A stretch of DNA of 64,000 nucleotides from Tetramitus jugosus (Eukaryota > Protista > Heterolobosea). Of the stretch, positions 10,874-20,955 are shown piece by piece (positions within the stretch are counted from its first letter, which is position 1; each line of letters begins with the position of its first letter). The DNA is taken from contig OW569348.1 in NCBI GenBank assembly GCA_937625935.1, positions 372,001 to 436,000 on the forward strand. The letters are read 5' to 3'. The notes beneath the pieces were generated by a model. That model saw nothing but the letters and a program-made list of their open reading frames with translations. It ran no database searches and was not told where the DNA came from. A program made the translations under genes and the position numbers.

Positions 10874-11848
10874 ATGTCTTATTATCAGGATAACTACCAT
10901 CCAATGAGCTTGGAAAGGAGCGAGACGTATGCCCAGAGGCATGCAGTCAACGAGCGCAATACATCAAGTTCTTACGACGGAGTACTCCGGAATCCTGAAA
11001 AAAATCAGAACTATCATCATTATGACAATTTGCTTGCTCCTGTCAATTGTTGTACCTCGTACACTAACATATCATTTGAAGAGCAGGATAATAGTGGCTG
11101 CTTGTTGAACCAAAGTTCTCCCACCGCTCAGCAGCACACCACGCCACGATATCGGAAACGTCCACTCTCTGCTCTGGAAGAGAGTTATGTGGGTACCAAG
11201 AATTCTCCATCCATCGCAAGTATCACACTTGCTCGGAATATTGATCTTGCTGTTTCCAATGAATATGCACATAAGAAGATGGAATTGGTCTCCAATACTC
11301 CAGCCGAAGCTCGGTTAAATAACCTCGAGGGTATCCCTGAGTCAACAGGGAGGACAGATTACGGTGTTTCATTCCAGGATAGAACTTTGTCAGAGAGGAT
11401 TAATTTAAAACCCCTACTTTGGATCGATCTAGGTGCTGTTTGTCCTAGTTTAGAGCCATCGATAAATGTCACGGACAGAAGGAGTAGTGGCTCTCTATCA
11501 CGCGTATCTCCAGAGAGAAGGGCTGGCAAACAAAAAGTATTTAAATTCAAACCTCATGTATTCAAAGACAAGCAAAGAAAGGTACCTTCATCATCCGAGG
11601 TGAAAGATACTGTTTCCGGTGAAGAATCAGAAGGTTTGTGGACAGGACCTTGGAGCGCTCAAGAGCATGAGTTGTTCTTGAAGGGCTTAAAAGAACGGGG
11701 GAGGTCATGGAAGGTTATTAGCAAGGACTACGTAAGAACGAGGAACCGAGTTCAGGTATCATCTCATGCTCAAAAGTTCTTTCGAAGGATGCACGAGCTT
11801 GGTCAAGTTGTAGAAGAAGCATCTGTGGAACCAATCTCAACAAAGTAA
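10874..11848 (+). CDS. Single-repeat Myb/SANT transcription factor, SHAQKYF class
   Basis: C-terminal GPWSAQEHELFLKGLKERGRSWKVISKDYVRTRNRVQVSSHAQKFF. Confidence 0.88.
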   Translation: MSYYQDNYHPMSLERSETYAQRHAVNERNTSSSYDGVLRNPEKNQNYHHYDNLLAPVNCCTSYTNISFEEQDNSGCLLNQSSPTAQQHTTPRYRKRPLSALEESYVGTKNSPSIASITLARNIDLAVSNEYAHKKMELVSNTPAEARLNNLEGIPESTGRTDYGVSFQDRTLSERINLKPLLWIDLGAVCPSLEPSINVTDRRSSGSLSRVSPERRAGKQKVFKFKPHVFKDKQRKVPSSSEVKDTVSGEESEGLWTGPWSAQEHELFLKGLKERGRSWKVISKDYVRTRNRVQVSSHAQKFFRRMHELGQVVEEASVEPISTK

Positions 11849-11929
11849 TCAACTCAAATTTCAGTTTTCCACAAAAATAAATTAGTTGGTTTTATCGTAA
11901 TAACGTTCGTTTTATCGTTTTGAACCTAG

Positions 11930-14900
11930 TTAATGGGATGAGTGCGTGGAGGAAGAGCTAGTAAACAAGTTTTGCTCACTTGAGGAATGATCTGCTATCC
12001 TGTTTGCTTTCACCAATCTCTTCTCTATCCTCAAATTAATGTTACCAAAAAATTGTCGTCGTGCATCAGTGGGGATAATGTTGTTTTGGGTTATGTTATT
12101 CTCGATGAGCGGCGAGTATGGTGACAAGGAGAAGGCTGCTGAACCGAATATATCATTCTGAGTGATAAACAATCCATGCTTCCTGCTTTCGAATGTCGCA
12201 TTAATGCCTGCTTCTCGGTTATACTTAACCGTATTGCTCGATATGTTGATATCATCTGAGATTGGATCAATGTTCACACCGAACCTTTGCGCATTAGTAA
12301 TGTGATTATTGATAATAGCTAACAAACCAGTGCTCTTCCTTGCGCGCTTGAGAGGTGAGTGGAATTTGATATAGATATTGTCGAGCAGAGCATCACTGAT
12401 AATATTCTCTGATATAATGGTCGTTCTCAATGTATTGGGCAGTTTGACAATACTTGTGGCATCTAGTGAATTATCCACAAAGATATTTGTATTGTTGCCT
12501 ACAATTTGGTTACCTTCCGATTCGATCGTGGACGATAGCTGGCTAATATGGATTCCATATAAGGAATTGTGCGATATGATGTTGTCTCTTAAGATACAGT
12601 AGCTACCCTGACGCACCATCACCCCCGAGAGTGCACTGCCCGATATCAAATTGCGTTGGAGAACTTCGCAGCAGGCGTTCTCAATTAGGAGATTGGGTCC
12701 TTGTTTAGTACCAATAATTTGGTTAGCAATCAGAGAGATTAAGGGATTCACCTGTTGCAAACTATCATTGTTCGAACCAAAAATCATGACTCCAAACTCA
12801 ACATTGTTGCGAATGGAGTTGCCCAAGAGTGTTACCCTCAACTCAGCGTTAGTAGGTGTCATCACTGAAATGCCATAACGATTATCAAACAGACGGTTGT
12901 TGTTTAGAAGAATCTTGTGCTCGTTGTGGGCTAGTAGTTCGCTGTTTGTCATCTCACAACGAGCGAAAAAGGCTCCCTCCTTATTGTCTGAGAGCGTGTT
13001 ATTAACAATGCTTACTCCACCATTCCAAACAAAAATACCTCTCCTATTCTCTTTGATTTCGTTGTTTTCAACGTGGCAACGCCTCTGTCCCTTGTATTTT
13101 TGGTTGAGTTCATTGAGCTGATCATCAAGGTACGTGTACTCAAAGAGAGCAGTTATCTTTGTGTCTACAAAGTTTTGTTCTTTGGCAACACAAGGCACCA
13201 TTTCACCCAACGAATTGACGTGGCCAACAATATGAATATCGATGGCCCTTACGCAATCAGTGAGCAAATTTTCGTAAATATAAGCCTGTCCATACTCAGA
13301 ACAATAGATACCAATCGCCTTGGCTTCACTTGCTCTGTCTCCATAAATCTTATTTTGATCGATTCGACAGCAAGCATAAGAATGGACATGAATCCCAATA
13401 ATACCATGAACTTGTCGAATGGTATTCGTGGAGATGGATGCACTTGATCCCAGATGTTCTATCATGATATTAGACTTTGAATTATCTTCGAAATAATTAG
13501 AAGAGATGGTCGCGTGTCCACAATTTCTAACCACAATACCATAGTCCACAGCGTTGCTTATAGTATTGTCATGAACGTGAACCCTTGCCATCTCTATGAT
13601 CACTATGTTGTTGGAATTGTCAAATAATCTATTATCGCTAATTTCAGGCGAGCATTCTTGTGAGCAGAGGAGCCCATTTGAGCAGCGCGATAACTGGTTA
13701 AAAAAGAGACAACCAGAGGTTCCTTTGCCCTGAACCAGAATACCGGTATAAGTAGATGCCGATCGCTCATCAGCAAATAACTGACTAAAGATACCAATAA
13801 TATGGTTGTGTGTCACAGTGCAGCGCGAGCCGTCGCTTAGTATGATACCAGCACCCATATACTTTGGATCATCTCGAGTTACAGGATTCAACACATCATT
13901 CTTTTGAATGATGGCATCGAGAAACAGGGCTGCCACTCTAATTGCACAGTATTGAATTCGTTGAAACTTGTTGTATCTAATTTGGACGCTGTGACGGAAC
14001 CACCTGGCCTCTAGCTGACCTGCATTAATTCTTTCCTCCATTGTCAACTGATCAGGTATGCATTCAATACCTTGATAACATCCAACAAACAAATTGTTCA
14101 GAATTTTGACATGAGAGCCGAAACCGAGCTGATAAGAGATTTGGAGTCGAATAGCAGTGACCCGAATATCATCTCTGCGATCTTCAAAGTGAAATTCGTT
14201 ATTCTCAATCTCTGCTTCACAATTCTGTTCCACATGGATACAGTAATATTCCTCTCGTTGATTTAGAGTAGATCTAGGCACCAGAGAGATCCGATTATTC
14301 ACAAGTGTTAACTTTGATTTCTGAGTAGCAAAAATGGTGCAATTCACTACTTCGCATCCAATGATTCTCAACTGTGAAAACCCACTGCAAACAAAGTGGA
14401 TATTCTCCAGCTTGCAATTCTCTAGAGTAATTTTCACATCGCTCTGTATATCCCATCTCATCAACGATGTGAGTCTCTGAGATTTGCTACTTTGGGGACT
14501 GATTGCTTGATTTTCAAACTGGTTGACAAACAATCCACTCTGGTTGCTACTTCGGCAGTGGTGATGATAGAAGGGATGAATTTTCATCGGTCTACCAACA
14601 AAGTACATGTGATGATAACTTAGTTCTAATCCAGTGACCAGGAGTGTCGATCGAATCCGAAAGGGCTTGCTGTATAGATCAATTCTAACGATACCCTCAT
14701 TCTCAGCGACTCCAACACCACTGTAGCGGCCCACACTCGCGACACTATTCCGATGATCATAAGGAACGGATGACCTAATTTTACTGTCAGAGTCGTTTCC
14801 ACCATCGTCGTCCTCCACATCCTGAACAGCTTCATCCTCATTCATATTATAAGCCTGGTCATGTGAAAATAATTCATCACTGGAAGAGGACTGCATCGAT

Positions 14901-17116
14901 GAATGAAAGAACCTATTTCTCTTCACAGCATCATTCACATACCACCACCAGCGATACTGACTTGCATTATTCTTGTATTGATCCACGTGTGTGCATATTA
15001 ATAATATGTTGTTGATTGTCAAGTGATGATGCGAGGAGGCACCGACACCACGAGAGCTACTACTGGCGTCATACGTAGTATAACCACCACTGCCGCGACT
15101 ATCAACAGTCGAAGAGACAGAGAAGGCTTGTATCAACTGAGATCGCATCACAGGATAGTATCGTATGGAGTGAAGGATCGATGAGTTCACAGTTGGTTGC
15201 AATCGAGATCCATGAGATGAACAATTGCTCTTGCTGCACCGATCGTACTCATCATCTTCCTCATTGTCGTCATCACCATCATACTCATCATCAAAGTGAT
15301 CACTCCTTTCGCTGTCAGTGTTTGCAACCGAACGCAATGATTCGGTGCTGTTTATCTGAGTCAGTCTCTTTGATGACAGACTTGGAGATAGTTGAGTTGC
15401 GGGTATAGGAGGATTCATTTGCAAGTCCAACGTACCATAATCAACACTGTTACTACCAAGGTTAAAGGAGTCATTGGAAGCGATGCCAGGGGTCGGAAAT
15501 GATTGATTTCTCAATGACAACAGCTTCGATTTAAACTTTTGTGTTCTTAAGCGCTCATTTCGATAATAGCGATAAAAAACCTTGTGATCAGGATTCATAC
15601 ACGGAATATGAACAAGTAGTTGAGTGTTCATTCGAGGAGGATTGCGGCGACTACGACGATGATGATGATGTGGCACGAGTCCTCGATGATTATGATGAAT
15701 ATTCTGCATGTGATGATGATGATCATCGTCACCATCACTGCTTTGATTCATATTGCCACTAATGCCACTGTTATTGTTATTGTTGTTGTTATGAAAAGAA
15801 GTGGACATCATTGATGTGAGTGTATCCCGATACGAATGATTCATGAATGGTGGACTACTGGCCAAACTTCCCATACTGTTCACATCAAAACTATGAGGAG
15901 CAAACCTGTTGCTTGTTGCTGCTGATGCCGATGCTACTCCAGTGTTGGCATTGACTGTCAGTGGATGACCAGAGTTTGGTAAACTACCAGTGTGGTGCTG
16001 TTGTTGTTGCTGTTGCTGTTGTTGTTGGTGATGATGTGACAATGAACCATGATCCGAGTTCATTGTCGTTGACAAGAGAGAGGAATACGATGCAACACTC
16101 ATCGTATTTATCATGTGAGTCGCTGGTGTACCGACCATGTAAGCCGGTGTAGCAGTCGATGACAATGCTGTTGTCGTTGTGAATGATTCACCTGAATGAT
16201 GATGGTGATGGTGATGATGATGAGTGCTGCTGCCAGTGATACTACCACTACTATCACTACTGCTGCTACCAGCGATACTGCTTTGGCCAATCGGATTAGG
16301 ATTCAATAAATAATGACTATTGTTATTGTTGTTTTCAGTAGTTGTTCGATTGGAATTCCGTTGTTGATGTTCTTGTTCTCGTTGTTGTTGTTGTTGTTGT
16401 TGTGAGTGATTCACATGTTGAGCATGTTGTTGATGTCGTTGTTGTTGTTGTTGTTGTTGCCTGAGAGTGGATGATGATTGAGAGGGAGAAGGTGTGGATG
16501 AACCATACACTGGCACCACGCCTTGTTCCACGAATATTGTTATATTGTATTTTTCCTTGTGATGATACGATGATGTTGATGACAGTGTTTGTTGAGGTAA
16601 CCAACACAATAACCGATTCATGAAGCATTGAATGGTCGGAAAACAAACAATGACTGCATCATCACCACCACCCATCATCGTCATCCTCACTGTACTTTCT
16701 TCTTCTTCGTCATCATTTTGATGATGATGATGATTGAACAAGTCTGAGAAGAGTGGTACTTTGTTATTCATGTCATTGTCATATTCGTCATCGTCATACT
16801 GATCGTCATCTACGTATTCATCATCATCATCATCCTTATCATCATCGTCATTGTATTCTTCTTCATAGTCACCATCATCCTCATCATCATCATTGTTGTT
16901 ATCGTTGTGATAATAGTTGGGATGGGATTGGATCGCACGTTGAATGAGTGGATCACTGGTCACGAAACAGAATATGGTTGCTGTTTTGAGAAGTGACAAT
17001 GGTTTTGATAATGTTGATTTGGATGATGATGTTGATGTCTTTGATTTTCTTCTTGTTGTTGATGTTGATGTTGTTGTTGTGGAGAATGGTGAGTGTTTCT
17101 CTGGTTGGTACCGCAT
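11930..17116 (-). CDS. Large right-handed parallel beta-helix (PbH1/NosD/CASH-like) protein with a low-complexity N-terminus
   Basis: About 850 C-terminal aa of repeating I..N.I..N...GI.V units. The N-terminal half is rich in D/H/Q/S tracts. No signal peptide seen. Confidence 0.8.
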   Translation of the reverse strand: MRYQPEKHSPFSTTTTSTSTTRRKSKTSTSSSKSTLSKPLSLLKTATIFCFVTSDPLIQRAIQSHPNYYHNDNNNDDDEDDGDYEEEYNDDDDKDDDDDEYVDDDQYDDDEYDNDMNNKVPLFSDLFNHHHHQNDDEEEESTVRMTMMGGGDDAVIVCFPTIQCFMNRLLCWLPQQTLSSTSSYHHKEKYNITIFVEQGVVPVYGSSTPSPSQSSSTLRQQQQQQQRHQQHAQHVNHSQQQQQQQREQEHQQRNSNRTTTENNNNNSHYLLNPNPIGQSSIAGSSSSDSSGSITGSSTHHHHHHHHHSGESFTTTTALSSTATPAYMVGTPATHMINTMSVASYSSLLSTTMNSDHGSLSHHHQQQQQQQQQQHHTGSLPNSGHPLTVNANTGVASASAATSNRFAPHSFDVNSMGSLASSPPFMNHSYRDTLTSMMSTSFHNNNNNNNSGISGNMNQSSDGDDDHHHHMQNIHHNHRGLVPHHHHRRSRRNPPRMNTQLLVHIPCMNPDHKVFYRYYRNERLRTQKFKSKLLSLRNQSFPTPGIASNDSFNLGSNSVDYGTLDLQMNPPIPATQLSPSLSSKRLTQINSTESLRSVANTDSERSDHFDDEYDGDDDNEEDDEYDRCSKSNCSSHGSRLQPTVNSSILHSIRYYPVMRSQLIQAFSVSSTVDSRGSGGYTTYDASSSSRGVGASSHHHLTINNILLICTHVDQYKNNASQYRWWWYVNDAVKRNRFFHSSMQSSSSDELFSHDQAYNMNEDEAVQDVEDDDGGNDSDSKIRSSVPYDHRNSVASVGRYSGVGVAENEGIVRIDLYSKPFRIRSTLLVTGLELSYHHMYFVGRPMKIHPFYHHHCRSSNQSGLFVNQFENQAISPQSSKSQRLTSLMRWDIQSDVKITLENCKLENIHFVCSGFSQLRIIGCEVVNCTIFATQKSKLTLVNNRISLVPRSTLNQREEYYCIHVEQNCEAEIENNEFHFEDRRDDIRVTAIRLQISYQLGFGSHVKILNNLFVGCYQGIECIPDQLTMEERINAGQLEARWFRHSVQIRYNKFQRIQYCAIRVAALFLDAIIQKNDVLNPVTRDDPKYMGAGIILSDGSRCTVTHNHIIGIFSQLFADERSASTYTGILVQGKGTSGCLFFNQLSRCSNGLLCSQECSPEISDNRLFDNSNNIVIIEMARVHVHDNTISNAVDYGIVVRNCGHATISSNYFEDNSKSNIMIEHLGSSASISTNTIRQVHGIIGIHVHSYACCRIDQNKIYGDRASEAKAIGIYCSEYGQAYIYENLLTDCVRAIDIHIVGHVNSLGEMVPCVAKEQNFVDTKITALFEYTYLDDQLNELNQKYKGQRRCHVENNEIKENRRGIFVWNGGVSIVNNTLSDNKEGAFFARCEMTNSELLAHNEHKILLNNNRLFDNRYGISVMTPTNAELRVTLLGNSIRNNVEFGVMIFGSNNDSLQQVNPLISLIANQIIGTKQGPNLLIENACCEVLQRNLISGSALSGVMVRQGSYCILRDNIISHNSLYGIHISQLSSTIESEGNQIVGNNTNIFVDNSLDATSIVKLPNTLRTTIISENIISDALLDNIYIKFHSPLKRARKSTGLLAIINNHITNAQRFGVNIDPISDDINISSNTVKYNREAGINATFESRKHGLFITQNDIFGSAAFSLSPYSPLIENNITQNNIIPTDARRQFFGNINLRIEKRLVKANRIADHSSSEQNLFTSSSSTHSSH
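16205..16460. repeat. Coding trinucleotide microsatellites (poly-Q, poly-N, poly-H)
   Basis: (gtt)n and (gat/ggt)n runs on the + strand encode QQQQQQQ, NNNNN and HHHHHHHH in the 1728-aa ORF. Similar tracts occur throughout the window. Confidence 0.8.
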
Positions 17117-17474
17117 GATTTATGATGATGAAAGAAAAAGTGTGCTCTGTTTGGTGTTTTATCTCGTGTGTGCTATGAGCGATGGATATTTCTCTGTTTA
17201 GGTAAAAAGAGGAGAGTGGTTGAATTATTGTGTTGTTTGTTGTTTGTTGTATGAGGTGTTGTGGTGATTGTATGTTTAGAGGAGGTGCCGAGAGCGAACA
17301 CAATCATCATACACGATGTGTGCGTATAAAGTAGTTGTGAAAGCTTTGCTTCTATTTTTTGTCTCTTTTTTTTGATGGTCAAGATTTTTTTTTTACAGTT
17401 GGAAGTCGAAGTTTTTTTGTGTTGGTGCGACGGCGGCTGACAGGATCGCGGCAGGTGACGGCGGAGTTGTATGA

Positions 17475-17870
17475 TCAGTCAATGAGGTTTACGTTGTCTT
17501 CGTTGATGCCCTCTGGAGGAGGGTCAATCGTTCTGAATTCAAACTTCTCTGAAGGGGGTCTGGTTTCCATTTCTTCCAACCATTCCGGTGTTTCCCCTTC
17601 TGGGTAGTAACCTTCAGCCGTATCGGCACCTGGCATGTATTCGTCATACGGGTCGTAATTGTTATCCATGAGTAATGCATCCGAATGTATTTCTGGGTAG
17701 GGATAAGGTGGTTCTCTGTTCAAGTATTCTGCTACCTTTCCGGGGTCGATTTCTTTGTGTGAGGGACGAGTCAAGGAGAACTTTCTGTGAAGGGGAGGAT
17801 ACAATAGGAGAGTTCTCGGCTTATTCACGATGAAAGTCTGCGTCAAAAGGGATCGAGATGGAAACTTCAT
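17475..17870 (-). CDS. Hypothetical 131-aa protein, basic N-terminus (possible mitochondrial presequence) and acidic Pro/Tyr-rich body
   Basis: ATG preceded by an A-rich leader; fills the gap between Hsp70 and the beta-helix gene. No family recognised. Confidence 0.55.
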   Translation of the reverse strand: MKFPSRSLLTQTFIVNKPRTLLLYPPLHRKFSLTRPSHKEIDPGKVAEYLNREPPYPYPEIHSDALLMDNNYDPYDEYMPGADTAEGYYPEGETPEWLEEMETRPPSEKFEFRTIDPPPEGINEDNVNLID

Positions 17871-18034
17871 GTTTTTGATTGTTCTTTTCTTAATTGTATT
17901 TCATGATCAATAACGTCAAGGTTGCAAGGTTCTCACAGTGTATTCATAGATCGAAGAAGAAGTAAAAATAGGACCTATTGGTTTTGCATCATTTTATCAT
18001 ATTTATTTACAAGGAGTGTTTTGATTACTATCCC

Positions 18035-19963
18035 TTAATCGACGTCCAAGTCTTCAAACTTTGGTTGTGAAGTGCTCTCACCAGTTGCACCGCTTGATGC
18101 TCCCATGTCTGGCATACCGCCGCCACCGCCACCACCTTGGTACATCTTAGAAATGATTGGATTGGCAATTGATTCAAGATCCTTTTGTCTTCTTTCATAT
18201 TCTTCCTTTGATGCATCTGGGTTGTTGTCCAACCAGTGAATGGCATCATCAACAGCCTTCTTCAAGGATTCCTTATCATCTGTAGAGAGCTTGCCACCAA
18301 CATTTGGATCTTCCAAGGTGTTTCTCATTTGGTATGCATAGGATTCCAATCCGTTCTTTGCATTGATCTTTGCCAGGTTCTCTTCATCTTCCTTCTTCAT
18401 CTCTTCTGCCTTTCTCAACATGTCGTCGATTTCCTTTTGGGACAATCTACCCTTGTCGTTGGTAATAGTGATCTTTTCTTCCTTACCAGATGAGGTATCC
18501 TTGGCGGAAACGTTCATGATACCGTTGGCATCCAAGTTGAAGGTGACTTCAATCTTTGGAACACCTCTTGGTGCTGGTGGAATGCCAGACAATTCGAACT
18601 TACCCAAAAGGTTGTTGTCCTTGGTCATAGCTCTCTCACCTTCGAAGACTTGAATCAAGACACCAGGTTGGTTATCAGCATAAGTGGTGAAGGTTTGGGA
18701 CTTCTTGCAAGGAATAGTTGTGTTTCTCTCAATCAACTTGGTCATGACACCACCAGCGGTCTCAATACCCAAAGACAATGGAGCAACATCGATCAACAAG
18801 ACCTTGTCTTGCTTTCCGGTCAATACAGCAGCTTGAACGGCAGCACCATAGGCAACAGCCTCATCAGGGTTGATGTTCTTACACAGTTCCTTGCCATTGA
18901 AGAAATCCTTCAACATTTCTTGGACCTTTGGAATTCTGGTGGAACCACCGACCAAGACGACATCGTGGATTTGACCCTTGTCCAACTTGGAGTCAGTCAA
19001 AACCTTCTTGACTGGTTCCAAGCAAGATCTGAACAGATCAGCGTTCATTTGCTCAAACTTTGCTCTGGTGATTGGGGCCTCAAAGTCGATGTTGTCCATC
19101 AGAGAATCAATTTGAACAGTAGTCTTTGCAGCAGCAGACAGGTTTCTCTTTGCTCTTTCGCAGGCAGTTCTCAATCTTCTCAAGGCTCTTGGATTGTCTG
19201 CCAAATCCTTCTTGTACTTGCGCTTGAATTCATCTCTGAAGAATTCAACCATTCTGTTATCAAAATCTTCACCACCCAAGTGAGTATCACCAGCAGTAGC
19301 CTTGACTTCGAAGACACCATCTTCAATGGACAAGATGGAAACATCGAATGTACCACCACCCAAATCAAAGATCAAGACGTTTCTTTCCCCCTTAGTTTCC
19401 TTGTTCAAACCATAAGCGATAGCAGCAGCGGTTGGTTCGTTGATGATTCTCAACACTTCCAAACCAGCGATTGTACCAGCATCCTTGGTAGCCTGTCTCT
19501 GAGAATCGTTAAAGTAAGCTGGAACAGTGACGACAGCCTTCTTGACAGTTTGACCCAAGTAGCTCTCAGCGCATTCTCTCATCTTGACCAAGATCATGGA
19601 AGAGATTTCTTCTGGGGAAAAGACCTCTTGCTTGCCCTTGAACTCAACTTGAATAAATGGCTTTCCTTGTCTATCAATCACCTTGAATGGCCAGTGCTTC
19701 ATATCTTGTTGTACGTGATGGTCAGAAAAGTTTCTACCAATCAATCTCTTGGCATCGAACACAGTGTTATGTGGGTTCATAGCCACTTGGTTCTTTGCAG
19801 AGTCACCAATCAATCTCTCAGTATCAGTGAACGCAACATAGGATGGAGTCGTTCTGTTACCTTGATCATTTGGAATAATTTCTACAGTATCGTTTTGCCA
19901 TACTCCAACACATGAATATGTGGTACCGAGATCAATACCTATAGCTCCTTGATATTCAGTCAT
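18035..19963 (-). CDS. HSP70: Cytosolic Hsp70
   Basis: [49 protein letters not shown]; no targeting peptide; intronless with strong codon bias. Confidence 0.98.
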   Translation of the reverse strand: MTEYQGAIGIDLGTTYSCVGVWQNDTVEIIPNDQGNRTTPSYVAFTDTERLIGDSAKNQVAMNPHNTVFDAKRLIGRNFSDHHVQQDMKHWPFKVIDRQGKPFIQVEFKGKQEVFSPEEISSMILVKMRECAESYLGQTVKKAVVTVPAYFNDSQRQATKDAGTIAGLEVLRIINEPTAAAIAYGLNKETKGERNVLIFDLGGGTFDVSILSIEDGVFEVKATAGDTHLGGEDFDNRMVEFFRDEFKRKYKKDLADNPRALRRLRTACERAKRNLSAAAKTTVQIDSLMDNIDFEAPITRAKFEQMNADLFRSCLEPVKKVLTDSKLDKGQIHDVVLVGGSTRIPKVQEMLKDFFNGKELCKNINPDEAVAYGAAVQAAVLTGKQDKVLLIDVAPLSLGIETAGGVMTKLIERNTTIPCKKSQTFTTYADNQPGVLIQVFEGERAMTKDNNLLGKFELSGIPPAPRGVPKIEVTFNLDANGIMNVSAKDTSSGKEEKITITNDKGRLSQKEIDDMLRKAEEMKKEDEENLAKINAKNGLESYAYQMRNTLEDPNVGGKLSTDDKESLKKAVDDAIHWLDNNPDASKEEYERRQKDLESIANPIISKMYQGGGGGGGMPDMGASSGATGESTSQPKFEDLDVD

Positions 19964-20080
19964 CTTCTTGTTTGTTTAGTTTTTGTCTGTACAGGTAGTT
20001 TGTTGTTTTATACAACTCTTATGTTTCTTTTGTTCTAGTGGTTTGATTTTTTGGTTCATATCGCAAGTGACGACCAGTTG

Positions 20081-20088
20081 TATTTATA
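20081..20088 (-). promoter_or_regulatory. TATA box of HSP70 (TATAAATA)
   Basis: + strand tatttata, about 118 nt upstream of the ATG and just upstream of an AC-rich leader. Confidence 0.65.
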
Positions 20089-20109
20089 GTGGAGGTATTG
20101 TCTGATCTC

Positions 20110-20160
20110 TTCCTGCATTCCGGATTTCCGGTGAGAATTCCGGAAAGGCTTCCATGAAAG
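20110..20160. promoter_or_regulatory. Heat-shock-element-like GAA/TTC cluster upstream of HSP70
   Basis: attccggatttccggtgagaattccggaaaggcttccatgaa contains TTC-CG-GAA (20138-20145) and several more GAA/TTC units just upstream of the TATA box. Confidence 0.55.
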
Positions 20161-20197
20161 TCAAAGCGGAATACAATCGGAATTACTCCAAGTTCCT

Positions 20198-20830
20198 TTA
20201 CTCCGATTGATGTTTACGGTTCAGTTCTTGGATGAATTCATCAACTACACGGCCATTGAACGGTGTTTCGTTGTTCAGGATCGTATAGTCGGCATCCCTT
20301 TGACTCAACTGAATATTGTCTTGCACATTCTGGATATCTGATCTCGTGATCCACACGACAGACACATCATCAAAGCACTTTTCTCCAGCTTTTTTCATGT
20401 ACGCTACCTCAGAATGCAATCGACAATCAGCAATCACAAATTTACTCCAATTCTGTTCCTTGATCTCCCTTTGGATATCATTGAGAACAATCTTGGTCCA
20501 ATAATCAGGATCTTCCTTCCTGGTACGAGCAGCCAATGAAATCAACAGATCTCTCGGTGTGATCTCCTCTGGGTTAGTAGGAAACTGTCCGAATTGAGGA
20601 GGAGAGGAATAATGGGGCAAGAATGAACGGATCGGTGAGTCCTTCTTATCTCGATCATAGAAAAAGCTTTCGTCCAATTGGCTCTCACGTGCGCACACAT
20701 TTTTCATTGTGGTAGCAAAGTTGAACTTGTGGAAGCCATGGTGAGCCACGAGATAATCTGCGATGGTGTCTTTGCCTGATCCGGCTAAACCTGTGAGCAT
20801 GAGAAGCACAGAATGAGATCGCTTGTGCAT
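20198..20830 (-). CDS. Deoxynucleoside monophosphate kinase, phage T4 gp1/T5/giant-virus type
   Basis: LTGLAGSGKDTIADYL P-loop, FNFATTMK, TPRDLL, DPDYW, FVIADCRLHSE (compare DVRFPNE), WITR. Likely ATG at 20830. Confidence 0.8.
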   Translation of the reverse strand: MHKRSHSVLLMLTGLAGSGKDTIADYLVAHHGFHKFNFATTMKNVCARESQLDESFFYDRDKKDSPIRSFLPHYSSPPQFGQFPTNPEEITPRDLLISLAARTRKEDPDYWTKIVLNDIQREIKEQNWSKFVIADCRLHSEVAYMKKAGEKCFDDVSVVWITRSDIQNVQDNIQLSQRDADYTILNNETPFNGRVVDEFIQELNRKHQSE

Positions 20831-20955
20831 GGTCTTTCGAATTTCAATTTTGTTTTTTGATGAACCCAAAAAAAGTCCATTTTGATACAAGTTCATTGGG
20901 TGGAATACAATAAAGAAAATACTACTAATTCGCAAAACTGTGAGCTTAACTTCAT

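Noticed and set aside
18650-19915. 421-aa ORF antisense to HSP70
   Set aside because: The well-known in-register Hsp70 antisense frame, a by-product of codon bias and conservation. No independent evidence of a gene.
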